A DNA stretch of 64,000 nucleotides from Bdellovibrionota bacterium (GCA_963668355.1 OY764265.1:832001-896000); one strand, 5' to 3'; positions 19,334-27,596 are shown, counted from the stretch's first letter. The notes: generated from the sequence alone by a model not told the origin. Numbers and translations are program-made.

Positions 19334-20904
19334 TCCCCTTCTTTTTCTCCAATGACGATTTGAAATTTTTTGAGCAGATCTCCGGTCAGCGACTGCAACA
19401 TCGCCACACTTTTCTTATACGCCAGAAGTGCCCTCACTTCATTGATTTGCGCCAAAGTGAGATCTTCCTGATACGCAAGAACATTGAAACCTGGGGTCAA
19501 GCCCGACTCAAAACGTTCTTGCTCAAATTTCAGTTTCTTTTCGGCCAATCGACTCGTCTTCTGGGCAGAAGCCACGATCTCCTTCCCCATTTCGATTTCG
19601 CTCATCGTTTCCAAAGCCGTCTGACGAATTTCACGCCACTTCTTCTCAAGGGCCAAACGAGCCATCTTGTATTCCAACTTGGAAAGTTTGTAATCATTCC
19701 AATCCGGACTGGGCCCCAAAGGCACTTCCAATTTGGCAGAAATTTGCCAACCAGTAGAGCGCGTGTCCAACAACTCGCTTAGATCTCCAGAATATGAGCC
19801 TTGTGCCCCGACATTGGTCGCAGAGTTCCCCCCTTCCAAAAAGAAAGATCCTTCAAGGTCCAATGTGGGCAAGAGCAAATTGCGATCTCTGTCTTTTTCC
19901 ATTCGCTTGGCTTCGAGCTCCTCCCGAAGGGCAATCACGTCATCGTTTTCTGCCTTGATGCGCTTTAACCAACCTTCTTGCGACAAAGAAAACTCTTTAA
20001 AAGCGATCTCATTCGGAACATTATAATGGTCTTCAAAAGCTTTTCCTTCCTCCAAACCGATGACTCTTTCCAATTCGACTTTGGATCTGGCCAACTCTTG
20101 AAGATCCATTAATAAATCTCCCTTGCGTGAAGCCAGTCGTTCTTCAACTTCGTACAGGGAGGCAGCCACACTGATCCCGGATTTAATCTTTTTCTGCGTG
20201 ACCTCATATTGTTTCTGCGTAATCTCCAACGCATTTCTTCGGGCTTCGACAATTTCCTTTTGCGCAACCAAGGTCCAAAAAGCTTGTTCCACTTGCCGAA
20301 CCGTCTCCGACACCTTGGCGCTTAACTCTGCACGCGAAACATCTTTTCTACGACTGGCTACACGCAAATCCGCCCAGGAATTTCCCATTTGACTGCCAAA
20401 CCAATCGAATCCTTTCAAAAGTTTTTGCGTCCCGCCAAGCTCCCAATACGAATAATAGTAGGGCGAAATTAAAGCATTGGAGGATGACGTATCAGTTCGA
20501 ATCGTCGCAAAAGAAGTAAATAGTTCGGTTCCCGTGGGGAGTGTCTCGGAAAGTGTGGCCGAATACTCCAGCGTTTTGGACGTAATTAAATTGGCCGCTC
20601 CGCCGGTTTCGGTAGCCAGAACACTGGGAGCCGTGGATTCTTGATGGTCCACATCAAATTCAAACCGCGGCCAAAACAATGAAAAAGCCTTTTTTCGCGC
20701 AATTAAGTTTCGACTCGACGCTGCCGAAGCCAGCAAAAGGTCCGAATTGGAGGACAGGGCCTCTCGAACACATTGTTTTAGGGCGGGATTCTCCTCCAAT
20801 GTCTTTTCGCGGCCCCCCACGCGACCGGGAAGCGGCAGCAAAGAAAAGCATGTCAAAAAGACAAAAAGCCCTATGGAACGTTTCTTCATTTCAGCCTCAC
20901 TCAT
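19303..20904 (-). CDS. TolC-family outer membrane efflux protein
   Basis: Signal peptide; ALSSNSDL, WPRF, TQKLLKG, VEQAFWTL, LLPTLDL, EQERFESG two-repeat OEP pattern. Start 20904 or 20889. Confidence 0.9.
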   Translation of the reverse strand: MSEAEMKKRSIGLFVFLTCFSLLPLPGRVGGREKTLEENPALKQCVREALSSNSDLLLASAASSRNLIARKKAFSLFWPRFEFDVDHQESTAPSVLATETGGAANLITSKTLEYSATLSETLPTGTELFTSFATIRTDTSSSNALISPYYYSYWELGGTQKLLKGFDWFGSQMGNSWADLRVASRRKDVSRAELSAKVSETVRQVEQAFWTLVAQKEIVEARRNALEITQKQYEVTQKKIKSGISVAASLYEVEERLASRKGDLLMDLQELARSKVELERVIGLEEGKAFEDHYNVPNEIAFKEFSLSQEGWLKRIKAENDDVIALREELEAKRMEKDRDRNLLLPTLDLEGSFFLEGGNSATNVGAQGSYSGDLSELLDTRSTGWQISAKLEVPLGPSPDWNDYKLSKLEYKMARLALEKKWREIRQTALETMSEIEMGKEIVASAQKTSRLAEKKLKFEQERFESGLTPGFNVLAYQEDLTLAQINEVRALLAYKKSVAMLQSLTGDLLKKFQIVIGEKEGEWKLSSSSSS

Positions 20905-21004
20905 GAATTTACCAAAAACACTGACACGTAAATACTTAGAATAATTCAGTTTACACTCAAAACACAAAAAAAGCCCCCAAAACCCTTTATTCTAAAAAAA
21001 GCCA

Positions 21005-21033
21005 TTGACAGAAACTTTTGTTTCTACTAACAT
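21005..21033 (+). promoter_or_regulatory. Sigma70-type promoter for the riboswitch/precursor transcript
   Basis: TTGACA (21005-21010), 17-nt spacer, TAACAT (21028-21033). Confidence 0.6.
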
Positions 21034-21072
21034 CTTTAGTTACGGTAATAGCACTTGGAAATCAAGTGTTCA

Positions 21073-21177
21073 TTCATCGAAACGGCAACCCCGTAACGAA
21101 AGTCGGGGGCGCAAAGTTTGCGACCTAAGCCGGATCCAGTGGGGATCTTCGTATGGTTGGCAAATTGTCGAAATGAA
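21073..21177 (+). ncRNA. Cyclic dinucleotide class I (c-di-GMP-I/GEMM) riboswitch
   Basis: GGCAA...P2 CCCCG-AC-GAAA-GT-CGGGG; CGCAAAG junction; P3 GTTTGC-GACC/GGTT-G-GCAAAT with the exact 11-nt GAAA tetraloop receptor CCTAAG (21124-21129)/TATGG (21152-21156); P1 TTCAT-CG/CG-AA-ATGAA. Confidence 0.9.
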
Positions 21178-21186
21178 GGAAACAAC

Positions 21187-21339
21187 ATGAAAAAGAACAA
21201 AAAAAAGGTGAAATTGGATCTGGAAATTTTGGAGCTTGAAAGCAAGATCGCTCCGAGATCATTCGAATCTGTGCTTTGTCCTTGTGACGCAGGCGGAACG
21301 TCCAATCCATTATTCCCTGACAGTGGCGCGGAGTGCTAA
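21187..21339 (+). CDS. Putative RiPP precursor peptide (50 aa)
   Basis: ATG 21187 after AAGGA; MKKNKKKVKLDLEILELESKIAP-RSFESVLCPCDAGGTSNPLFPDSGAEC; has its own promoter, riboswitch and terminator; near a LanB-like gene and RRE proteins. Confidence 0.85.
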   Translation: MKKNKKKVKLDLEILELESKIAPRSFESVLCPCDAGGTSNPLFPDSGAEC

Positions 21340-21376
21340 CACCCCTACGTGCTAGTGTGAAAATTTAATAGGTACC

Positions 21377-21410
21377 CCAAGAGGCCCCTTTTCGGGGCCT
21401 CTTGGTTTTT
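21377..21410 (+). terminator. Intrinsic terminator after the precursor gene
   Basis: CCAAGAGGCCCC-ttttc-GGGGCCTCTTGG followed by TTTTT. Confidence 0.9.
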
Positions 21411-21457
21411 CGGCCTTCCACTTGACGCTTCGAGATCCCCTGAATAACGTTTTGGAG

Positions 21458-22099
21458 ATGTCTAAGATCCCGGAAATTCAAGAAATTCTATCATGCTGGT
21501 TCACACACGAAGGAGCTTCGAAACCCATCGACCGTGAATCATTTGTTGGCTTAGCAAAGCCACTTCTCACCTCTCCACCGAAAAACCAGGCTTGGGAAAA
21601 AACTTGGAAAGAGGATGCTCTCGGAAGACTCGCTCTAACTCTGATTTGGGATCAAGGCCCACGAATGTGCTTCGAAGACGAGCGGCAAGTTGCCTGGGAT
21701 AAGGAAGCTCAAAAACTTGCCTCTCAATTTGAAAAAGACGGCCTGTTCAAAACGCTCTCTCCCCATCAACAAATCATGGCCCTCTTTCCCTTTTTTCATT
21801 CAGAAAATGTGGAAGATCAACATCGTTTTGCTTGCTTGAGTTTAGAAATTGCCGCCCGACACCCTGAATACGAATCCTATTATTGGCATGCCTGCGAGCG
21901 GTGGTTGATCCTTCAAAGATTTGGACGCATTCCTTGGCGAAATGCTCTCTTGAAACGCGAGTCCACCGAAAAAGAGTGGGAGTATATGGTCCATTCATTG
22001 AAACAATTGGGAGAACTTGATCAACTTCAAGAACTCAAAGATGCCGGGATGCTTCCTCAAAAATATTGGTCTGAACTCGAACCTCCCGCTGATTCCTGA
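21458..22099 (+). CDS. DUF924-family protein
   Basis: LALTLIWDQGPRMCF, PFFHSENVEDQ, RFGRIPWRNALLKRESTEKE; start moved to ATG 21458. Confidence 0.85.
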   Translation: MSKIPEIQEILSCWFTHEGASKPIDRESFVGLAKPLLTSPPKNQAWEKTWKEDALGRLALTLIWDQGPRMCFEDERQVAWDKEAQKLASQFEKDGLFKTLSPHQQIMALFPFFHSENVEDQHRFACLSLEIAARHPEYESYYWHACERWLILQRFGRIPWRNALLKRESTEKEWEYMVHSLKQLGELDQLQELKDAGMLPQKYWSELEPPADS

Positions 22100-23559
22100 T
22101 GGCCATGTCCCATACTGAAAGCCAAGACATTCTTCCCCTCGAGGGAACACTCTCAACCCAAACCCTCATTTGCGCCTATCGATTGAAAGTAGGTAGCAAG
22201 GTACTCACCTTAGAAAACTCTGTATCTTACGATCGTCAGCCGTTTGTTCGTTCCAAAACGGAATTCGATGCCGAAACGCATGATTTTTTATGGTGTGAAT
22301 TGCACTTTCCCAGAAAGAAAACGACCTGCCGCCTGGAACGGCACAATTCGATCGGCGTGTATTTTTCGAATCTTGAATCCGTTCACACGCGACAAACCAT
22401 TTTGGACATGGATCCCCAAGGGGTCCCGTTCGTTCCATTCGGGTACGCAGAATATGCTTTTTTGCTTCAAAAATTGAAGCGAGATGAAACCAAGCCTCAA
22501 ATTTTTCCCATGCTCCACATGACGGGGGGAGCCGAGTTTTCATTTCAAAACTTCTACTTTGCCATGCGAGTGGCCCCCTCCGACCCGACAAAGATTGTGG
22601 CAATGGATTTTTTTGAAAGTGTTTTGGGAAGACAATCTGAAAGCTTCCGCTTCGAACTCGCACCCAATGGAAAGGACATTGGGCTCGTAAATCTTTTTGA
22701 ACGTGGGTCTCTTTTTGGTGAGAATGACATTTCAAAGGGGATGGAATTCTTAGAAGCTTTTCCTCCAGAGGGCCCCCTTCAAGAGCCCCCGATTGACTTG
22801 GACATTGTCCAGGATGTAGAGGAACCTTGTGAACTCAGTTTGATAAGCCCTCTTCCCCTCGAAACCGAACCGCCTCTCTGGACACTTGTCTTCGATCTTT
22901 TCTGTATGCCTCTGGATGAAAAAAGGCCCCGCAGTCTCCGGCGCGAAGCCCTCCTGAATTCCATGAGCAAACAAAATATCGGCTGCCTTCTCTTGGATGA
23001 ATTCCTTTCTCATTCACAAATTGGAATGAAGAAATGTCCCAACGAACCCACGCCCCTTCACTTTAACGATCTAAAGGAATCCTTCCTCACGCTCTACAAC
23101 TCTCTGCCGGACTCAACCCAACGCAAATGCATTTTGATGGGATTTGAAGAAAACGCCTATTTATTGCCTCTAATTTTCGCCAACGCGGATCATGCACCTC
23201 CCCTTCTCTTGATTGATTCCGAGAAAACGAATTTTCATGAACATGTAAGCACATTGGTATTGGGAGACGATTCTCGACCTGAGCATTTTTTGATCGACGT
23301 TCCATCCATAGATCTCTTGCCCTCCCTCAAGAAATATCCTGGCCCTTGGTCCGTTTATGGAAAAAGGGGAAAACTTTATCGTTCCTCGTTTGACGTTGCC
23401 AAGACTCCTTCCCAAATGGATTGGATCGAGTACATGGGCCATGCCGGAACGCAAAAAGACTCCAACGCATTCTGGGTTCCCTGGGAAGCAAGCCCCGAGT
23501 GGTCTCAATATTGGAAGACTTGGGGGTTACGCGCTTTGAGTAAATCTGAAGATAAGTAG
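22099..23559 (+). CDS. Hypothetical protein with a degenerate alpha/beta-hydrolase-like C-terminal half
   Basis: 486-aa ORF coupled to DUF924 (TGATG); C-terminal half aligns by eye with 17651..19333, but the nucleophile elbow reads GFEEN. Confidence 0.6.
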   Translation: MAMSHTESQDILPLEGTLSTQTLICAYRLKVGSKVLTLENSVSYDRQPFVRSKTEFDAETHDFLWCELHFPRKKTTCRLERHNSIGVYFSNLESVHTRQTILDMDPQGVPFVPFGYAEYAFLLQKLKRDETKPQIFPMLHMTGGAEFSFQNFYFAMRVAPSDPTKIVAMDFFESVLGRQSESFRFELAPNGKDIGLVNLFERGSLFGENDISKGMEFLEAFPPEGPLQEPPIDLDIVQDVEEPCELSLISPLPLETEPPLWTLVFDLFCMPLDEKRPRSLRREALLNSMSKQNIGCLLLDEFLSHSQIGMKKCPNEPTPLHFNDLKESFLTLYNSLPDSTQRKCILMGFEENAYLLPLIFANADHAPPLLLIDSEKTNFHEHVSTLVLGDDSRPEHFLIDVPSIDLLPSLKKYPGPWSVYGKRGKLYRSSFDVAKTPSQMDWIEYMGHAGTQKDSNAFWVPWEASPEWSQYWKTWGLRALSKSEDK

Positions 23560-23596
23560 GACCCGATCAATCACTTTAATGCTAGGATGATGTGTT

Positions 23597-26167
23597 GTGA
23601 CTTGGAAAGCCCTTTCGAAATTCTCAACTTCAGGAACCAACTTTCCAATTGAGTCCTTAACCTCTCTGAGATTCGAAAAAACGTATCGAGCCATCCAGGA
23701 CTTTCTTGATCTTGAGGAACACACGCATGCCCTAGCCAATGACTTGGCCGAAAAAATCCAAACACATTTGTATAGCGACTCCACGCGCAAGGCATGGCAA
23801 AAGCTTAAAAAGAATCTCGGACAAAAGAAAAGCATCTCCACCCATTTCATCAAGATAAAGAACGACGACTCCGCTCCTCTTGAGCTACGTGAGGGGCTAG
23901 AACAATACGAACTCCGACACCATGAGTGCCTAGCGCAATTGGAAAAACTTGAACCATTGTTTCAAGAAGAATTGGCACATAAGAGAAAAGGGTTCTGGGA
24001 ACTCACCCAACACCCATTCATTCAAGAAACCTTATTCCACTTGAACCCTGATTTTCTGAATCGCCTTCACGCTTACCTCGGCGACGCTGGAACGCAAAAA
24101 CGAGACAAAAAAATGCGTGAAAGGGAGAGAACGCTGGCTTCCTACTTCGCTCGAATATGCGCCAAGAACTCTGCCAGCGGTCCCATGGGACCATCCTCCG
24201 CTGCCACATTCTCCGACCAGAAAAAAAATCTCTCTCTTGCTTGGGGAAAAACGGCCGAAAAAGAGTATGGACTTAAACACAAGGAGGCATTTTTCAGTCA
24301 TTGGGGCGCGCGAGAAATTGCCAAAAAAATCTCGGAAAATGCGAGTCTCCGCCTCTCTCTTCCTCTTCGCCTCCATCCCGTTGCCAGGCTTCAAGAAAAC
24401 ACGCTTACTTCAATGATCCACATTCCTGGGCATCCTTTCTTGCCTACAAAGCCCGAAACCTCTATTTCTCCAGAACTTTTTGCTCTCTTGGAGGAAAGCG
24501 ATCAAACCCTAAGCGGAAATCAACTCCTCCAAAAGATCTCATCTGAAACAGACGCGGCGAAAATGCGCTTAGAAATCCTCACACTTTTAAATGAACGATT
24601 CCTCTTGGACGGTCTTTATATTCCACCCGGCCTTTTCCACCCGCTTCAATACCTCATCTCACGATTGGAAAGTTCCTCAGAAAGAGAGGTCGTGGAAAAA
24701 TGGTTGAATCTTTTGAAGCAATTTGAAGATCTGCGTGTCCGATTTTCCACAGGAACCTTGAAAGAAAAAGAAAGCATCTTTCACAAAGTCGGCGATCTCT
24801 TTTCTGAGCAGATTCACCATGATACGTCACGAGGCGAAGGAAAGTACTACGCAGATCGCTATCTCATCTACGAGGATTGCTCGCGCAACCACGCCCCCAT
24901 CGAGATTGGGGGAAACTTAGAAAAGCAGATCTTTCAGGAATACACGTTTGCCCTAGAATTGCTTTCTCCAGAGTGGCTATTGCTCATCGTTCCCCCGGCC
25001 ATCAATTCCCGACTTTTTCTCGAAAAGCTCAAAAAGAACCCAAAATACATCGAGCAAGGGCCCGTCCTGTTTTTTCAGGGGTTACTCAACAACCAGTTTT
25101 CGGGCATCTCCGAGGAACTCAAAGAGGATGCGAGAGGAATCGAGTGGCTCTCAAACATCATTGAACTCAAACAACTTTCCAAGGAACTCCTTTCTCAGGT
25201 GGACGAGTCAGAAAAAGAGGTCCTCTGGTCAGAAACCGATCCCTTGATTCAAGCGTATCGAAAAAAATTCAGAGAGGCCGTTGCAAGCGCTGATCTTCCT
25301 TTACCCATTTTCGCAAGTGGTCCAGGGCTTCAACTATCCGCAGAAAACCTCGAAGCCATCAATCAGGGGGAATACACGATCATTTTTGATTCGGTCATTT
25401 TTGGAAACAGCATGAATCTGACGACGCTGAATTATTTCGCCACCGATCGAACAGACCAAACTCAACAGACGGAATTAGCCCTCAAGAGCATGTGCAACCT
25501 TTCAACGGGAAGGCGCGCTGACTTCCTCGTCGCCCATCAACAGGATACAAAGTTTTCCCCTTGGTACATTCCCGGATTGGACATCGAATGTCTGGCTCCC
25601 AGCTCCAAAGACAGCGAAAACGTTGCTCCCCTGAATGAACTCCGCCTGAGCCTAAATGACGAGGTTGATTTTGAAGTGGATCAAAAGGGCAAAAACACGC
25701 CTTTGCGGTATTTATTTCCCCACACCACGCGCTTAAGCACAAAATTGATTCACCCCAATTTCGAAGTTCATTGTCCTCGAATTCGCCTGGGAAATACGGT
25801 TCTTCAACGAGAACAATGGAAACTCAACACATGCGACTGGTCGACACCTGAAAAGAGTCAAAATTCGGATTTATCCAGATTCATTGAGGCCCTTCGAAAC
25901 CAACGCAAGTTTGGACTTCCGGATACGATCTTTGTCGACCCGAGCGGGCCGAAAAAGAATATCTTCATTGATTTTCGAAATTTTTTCTTGGTCGAAATTC
26001 TCTCAAGTCTCCTGGGAGACAACGAAACATTTCGAGTGTCCGAAATGTTGCCTTCGGACGACCATTTTTGGATGCCCTGCCCTCACGAATCCGGCCACTT
26101 GAATATGGAGTTTTCTCCATTTCTTTACTTTGACCCAGATCATGGCGAAGAAGAGTCATCTTCATAA
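23597..26167 (+). CDS. Stand-alone lantibiotic dehydratase glutamylation-domain protein (small LanB / PEARL-like)
   Basis: 856 aa; NFPIESL, ERTLASYFARICAKN..GPMGP, RGEGKYYADRYLIYEDCSR, HCPRIRLGNTVLQREQW, GLPDTIFV, KNIFIDF, SEMLP; no C-terminal elimination domain. Confidence 0.85.
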   Translation: MTWKALSKFSTSGTNFPIESLTSLRFEKTYRAIQDFLDLEEHTHALANDLAEKIQTHLYSDSTRKAWQKLKKNLGQKKSISTHFIKIKNDDSAPLELREGLEQYELRHHECLAQLEKLEPLFQEELAHKRKGFWELTQHPFIQETLFHLNPDFLNRLHAYLGDAGTQKRDKKMRERERTLASYFARICAKNSASGPMGPSSAATFSDQKKNLSLAWGKTAEKEYGLKHKEAFFSHWGAREIAKKISENASLRLSLPLRLHPVARLQENTLTSMIHIPGHPFLPTKPETSISPELFALLEESDQTLSGNQLLQKISSETDAAKMRLEILTLLNERFLLDGLYIPPGLFHPLQYLISRLESSSEREVVEKWLNLLKQFEDLRVRFSTGTLKEKESIFHKVGDLFSEQIHHDTSRGEGKYYADRYLIYEDCSRNHAPIEIGGNLEKQIFQEYTFALELLSPEWLLLIVPPAINSRLFLEKLKKNPKYIEQGPVLFFQGLLNNQFSGISEELKEDARGIEWLSNIIELKQLSKELLSQVDESEKEVLWSETDPLIQAYRKKFREAVASADLPLPIFASGPGLQLSAENLEAINQGEYTIIFDSVIFGNSMNLTTLNYFATDRTDQTQQTELALKSMCNLSTGRRADFLVAHQQDTKFSPWYIPGLDIECLAPSSKDSENVAPLNELRLSLNDEVDFEVDQKGKNTPLRYLFPHTTRLSTKLIHPNFEVHCPRIRLGNTVLQREQWKLNTCDWSTPEKSQNSDLSRFIEALRNQRKFGLPDTIFVDPSGPKKNIFIDFRNFFLVEILSSLLGDNETFRVSEMLPSDDHFWMPCPHESGHLNMEFSPFLYFDPDHGEEESSS

Positions 26168-26181
26168 TAAGAAGAACACGT

Positions 26182-27474
26182 ATGTCTGAGGTTCGAAAAA
26201 AAATTTTTCTCCTCTTTTTCCTTCTATGCCTACCTAACCGGGGTTTAGCTCAAGAAGGAGCGGTTCGGTCTCGATTTCACTGGGACGTCAATACGTCCAT
26301 CCTGTTTTCGGTGGAAGGACAAGATTTGGCGGGGTTTCCCTATTCGCATGTCGTGCCAACCAACCGCGCCCCGCGAAACTACGTGGGATTTGATTGGTTT
26401 GGCTCCTTGGAACCCGAATCCAAACTCTATCAATTCTTTGGGAGTTTTCCCTTAACCACCTGGAGTTTGAATCCCCATATTGAAATTGATTTCAACCCCT
26501 GGGAGACACTCACGTCTCTATACTATTTTCAAGCCGTCAGAAATCCCCAAGGAGCCAAGCAGGATCACCGAACCTTTCTTCCGGACCGGGGAGTTCCTGG
26601 ATCTCCTTTTCTTCCGGAGGGAGCTGACTTCGTGGACTTGAACGAAAAAGGATTGGATTTTAACTTCGGGGACAATACGATCCGAGTCAAACCGGTGATT
26701 TACGACGCTTGGATTCGCTTTGAACCCAAGGGCCTGGATCGTGCACATTTGCGCGTAGGACATTTTCCGATTCCCTATGGCCTAGATCCCGCCCTGGCCA
26801 GTCGCGGAGGAGAGTTCATTGCTCCAGTTGAAAACACAGACCTTGGCTTTAAACGGGATTGGGGACTGGCGTGGAAAGCTCCCTTGGGTCCATACGAATA
26901 TACGTTGGCGGCAACAACCGGAATGGGATTGGGCATTCATGATCCTCATTGGTTTTCCGACGATCGACCGGCGTCATACTTATTTTCAGCGCGCATCGGA
27001 CTTCCCAGCTATATGAGACGAAACTACGGCCTCTCGGGTCTCTTTGGAAAAGTGGCCACTTTTGCTGGAGATCACTTGCTCCAAAACTGGGCCCGGCAAC
27101 GCTGGCGCGTAAATTTCAACTTCTTTCAGCGAATCCATGAACGCTTCTACTTCATTTTTGAATCGGGCTTCGGAAAAAATGAAGATGCGCGAGGCGATGG
27201 TGATAATTTGGATGAATGGGTCTTTTCAGGGCAAATCCGATTTGATTACATTCCCTCTCAAGACAGCCGTTGGAAAATCAAGTGGCAAATGCAATCGGTC
27301 TTGTTTGACTTGCGAGATAGCGAACAAGATTTTGTAAACACCACGCTAGAAGCTTCGTATGCCTTTTCGAGCGCGTGGAATATTCGCTTCAGTTATGTAC
27401 ATGATTTTCGCATGCCCGAAATGGTCGATATTGAAGATCAACGTGTTTATCTTTCTCTCAACTATTATCAATGA
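26182..27474 (+). CDS. Secreted/outer-membrane beta-barrel (porin-like) protein
   Basis: Signal peptide (GLA-Q); YDAWIRF, LRVGHFPIPYG, RDWG, alternating aromatic strands, C-terminal YLSLNYYQ. Confidence 0.6.
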   Translation: MSEVRKKIFLLFFLLCLPNRGLAQEGAVRSRFHWDVNTSILFSVEGQDLAGFPYSHVVPTNRAPRNYVGFDWFGSLEPESKLYQFFGSFPLTTWSLNPHIEIDFNPWETLTSLYYFQAVRNPQGAKQDHRTFLPDRGVPGSPFLPEGADFVDLNEKGLDFNFGDNTIRVKPVIYDAWIRFEPKGLDRAHLRVGHFPIPYGLDPALASRGGEFIAPVENTDLGFKRDWGLAWKAPLGPYEYTLAATTGMGLGIHDPHWFSDDRPASYLFSARIGLPSYMRRNYGLSGLFGKVATFAGDHLLQNWARQRWRVNFNFFQRIHERFYFIFESGFGKNEDARGDGDNLDEWVFSGQIRFDYIPSQDSRWKIKWQMQSVLFDLRDSEQDFVNTTLEASYAFSSAWNIRFSYVHDFRMPEMVDIEDQRVYLSLNYYQ

Positions 27475-27580
27475 TGCCGCGCGTTGACTTGAGTGGCTTT
27501 GTTTTTGAAATCCTTGGTTTTCCTTCTCTTTTCAAAGACATTTCGTTTAAAATAAGAAATCAAATTTGGGGGCACTTTGG

Positions 27581-27596
27581 TGGCAAGAAAAATGCG
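27581..27596 (+). promoter_or_regulatory. Possible sigma54 (-24/-12) promoter
   Basis: TGGCAAGAAAAATGCG: GG-N10-GC spacing, about 80 nt upstream of the lipoprotein start. Confidence 0.45.

Noticed and set aside
21118..21186. 5' extension of the precursor ORF (73-aa call in the ORF track)
   Set aside because: It lies inside the riboswitch aptamer; the ATG at 21187 has a proper SD.
21313..21339. CIRCE element (GAGTGCTAA at the precursor 3' end)
   Set aside because: Only the right half matches; it is simply Glu-Cys-stop.
21187..26167. Classical class I lanthipeptide or thiopeptide cluster
   Set aside because: No LanC cyclase, elimination domain or YcaO was seen in the window; partners elsewhere in the genome cannot be excluded.
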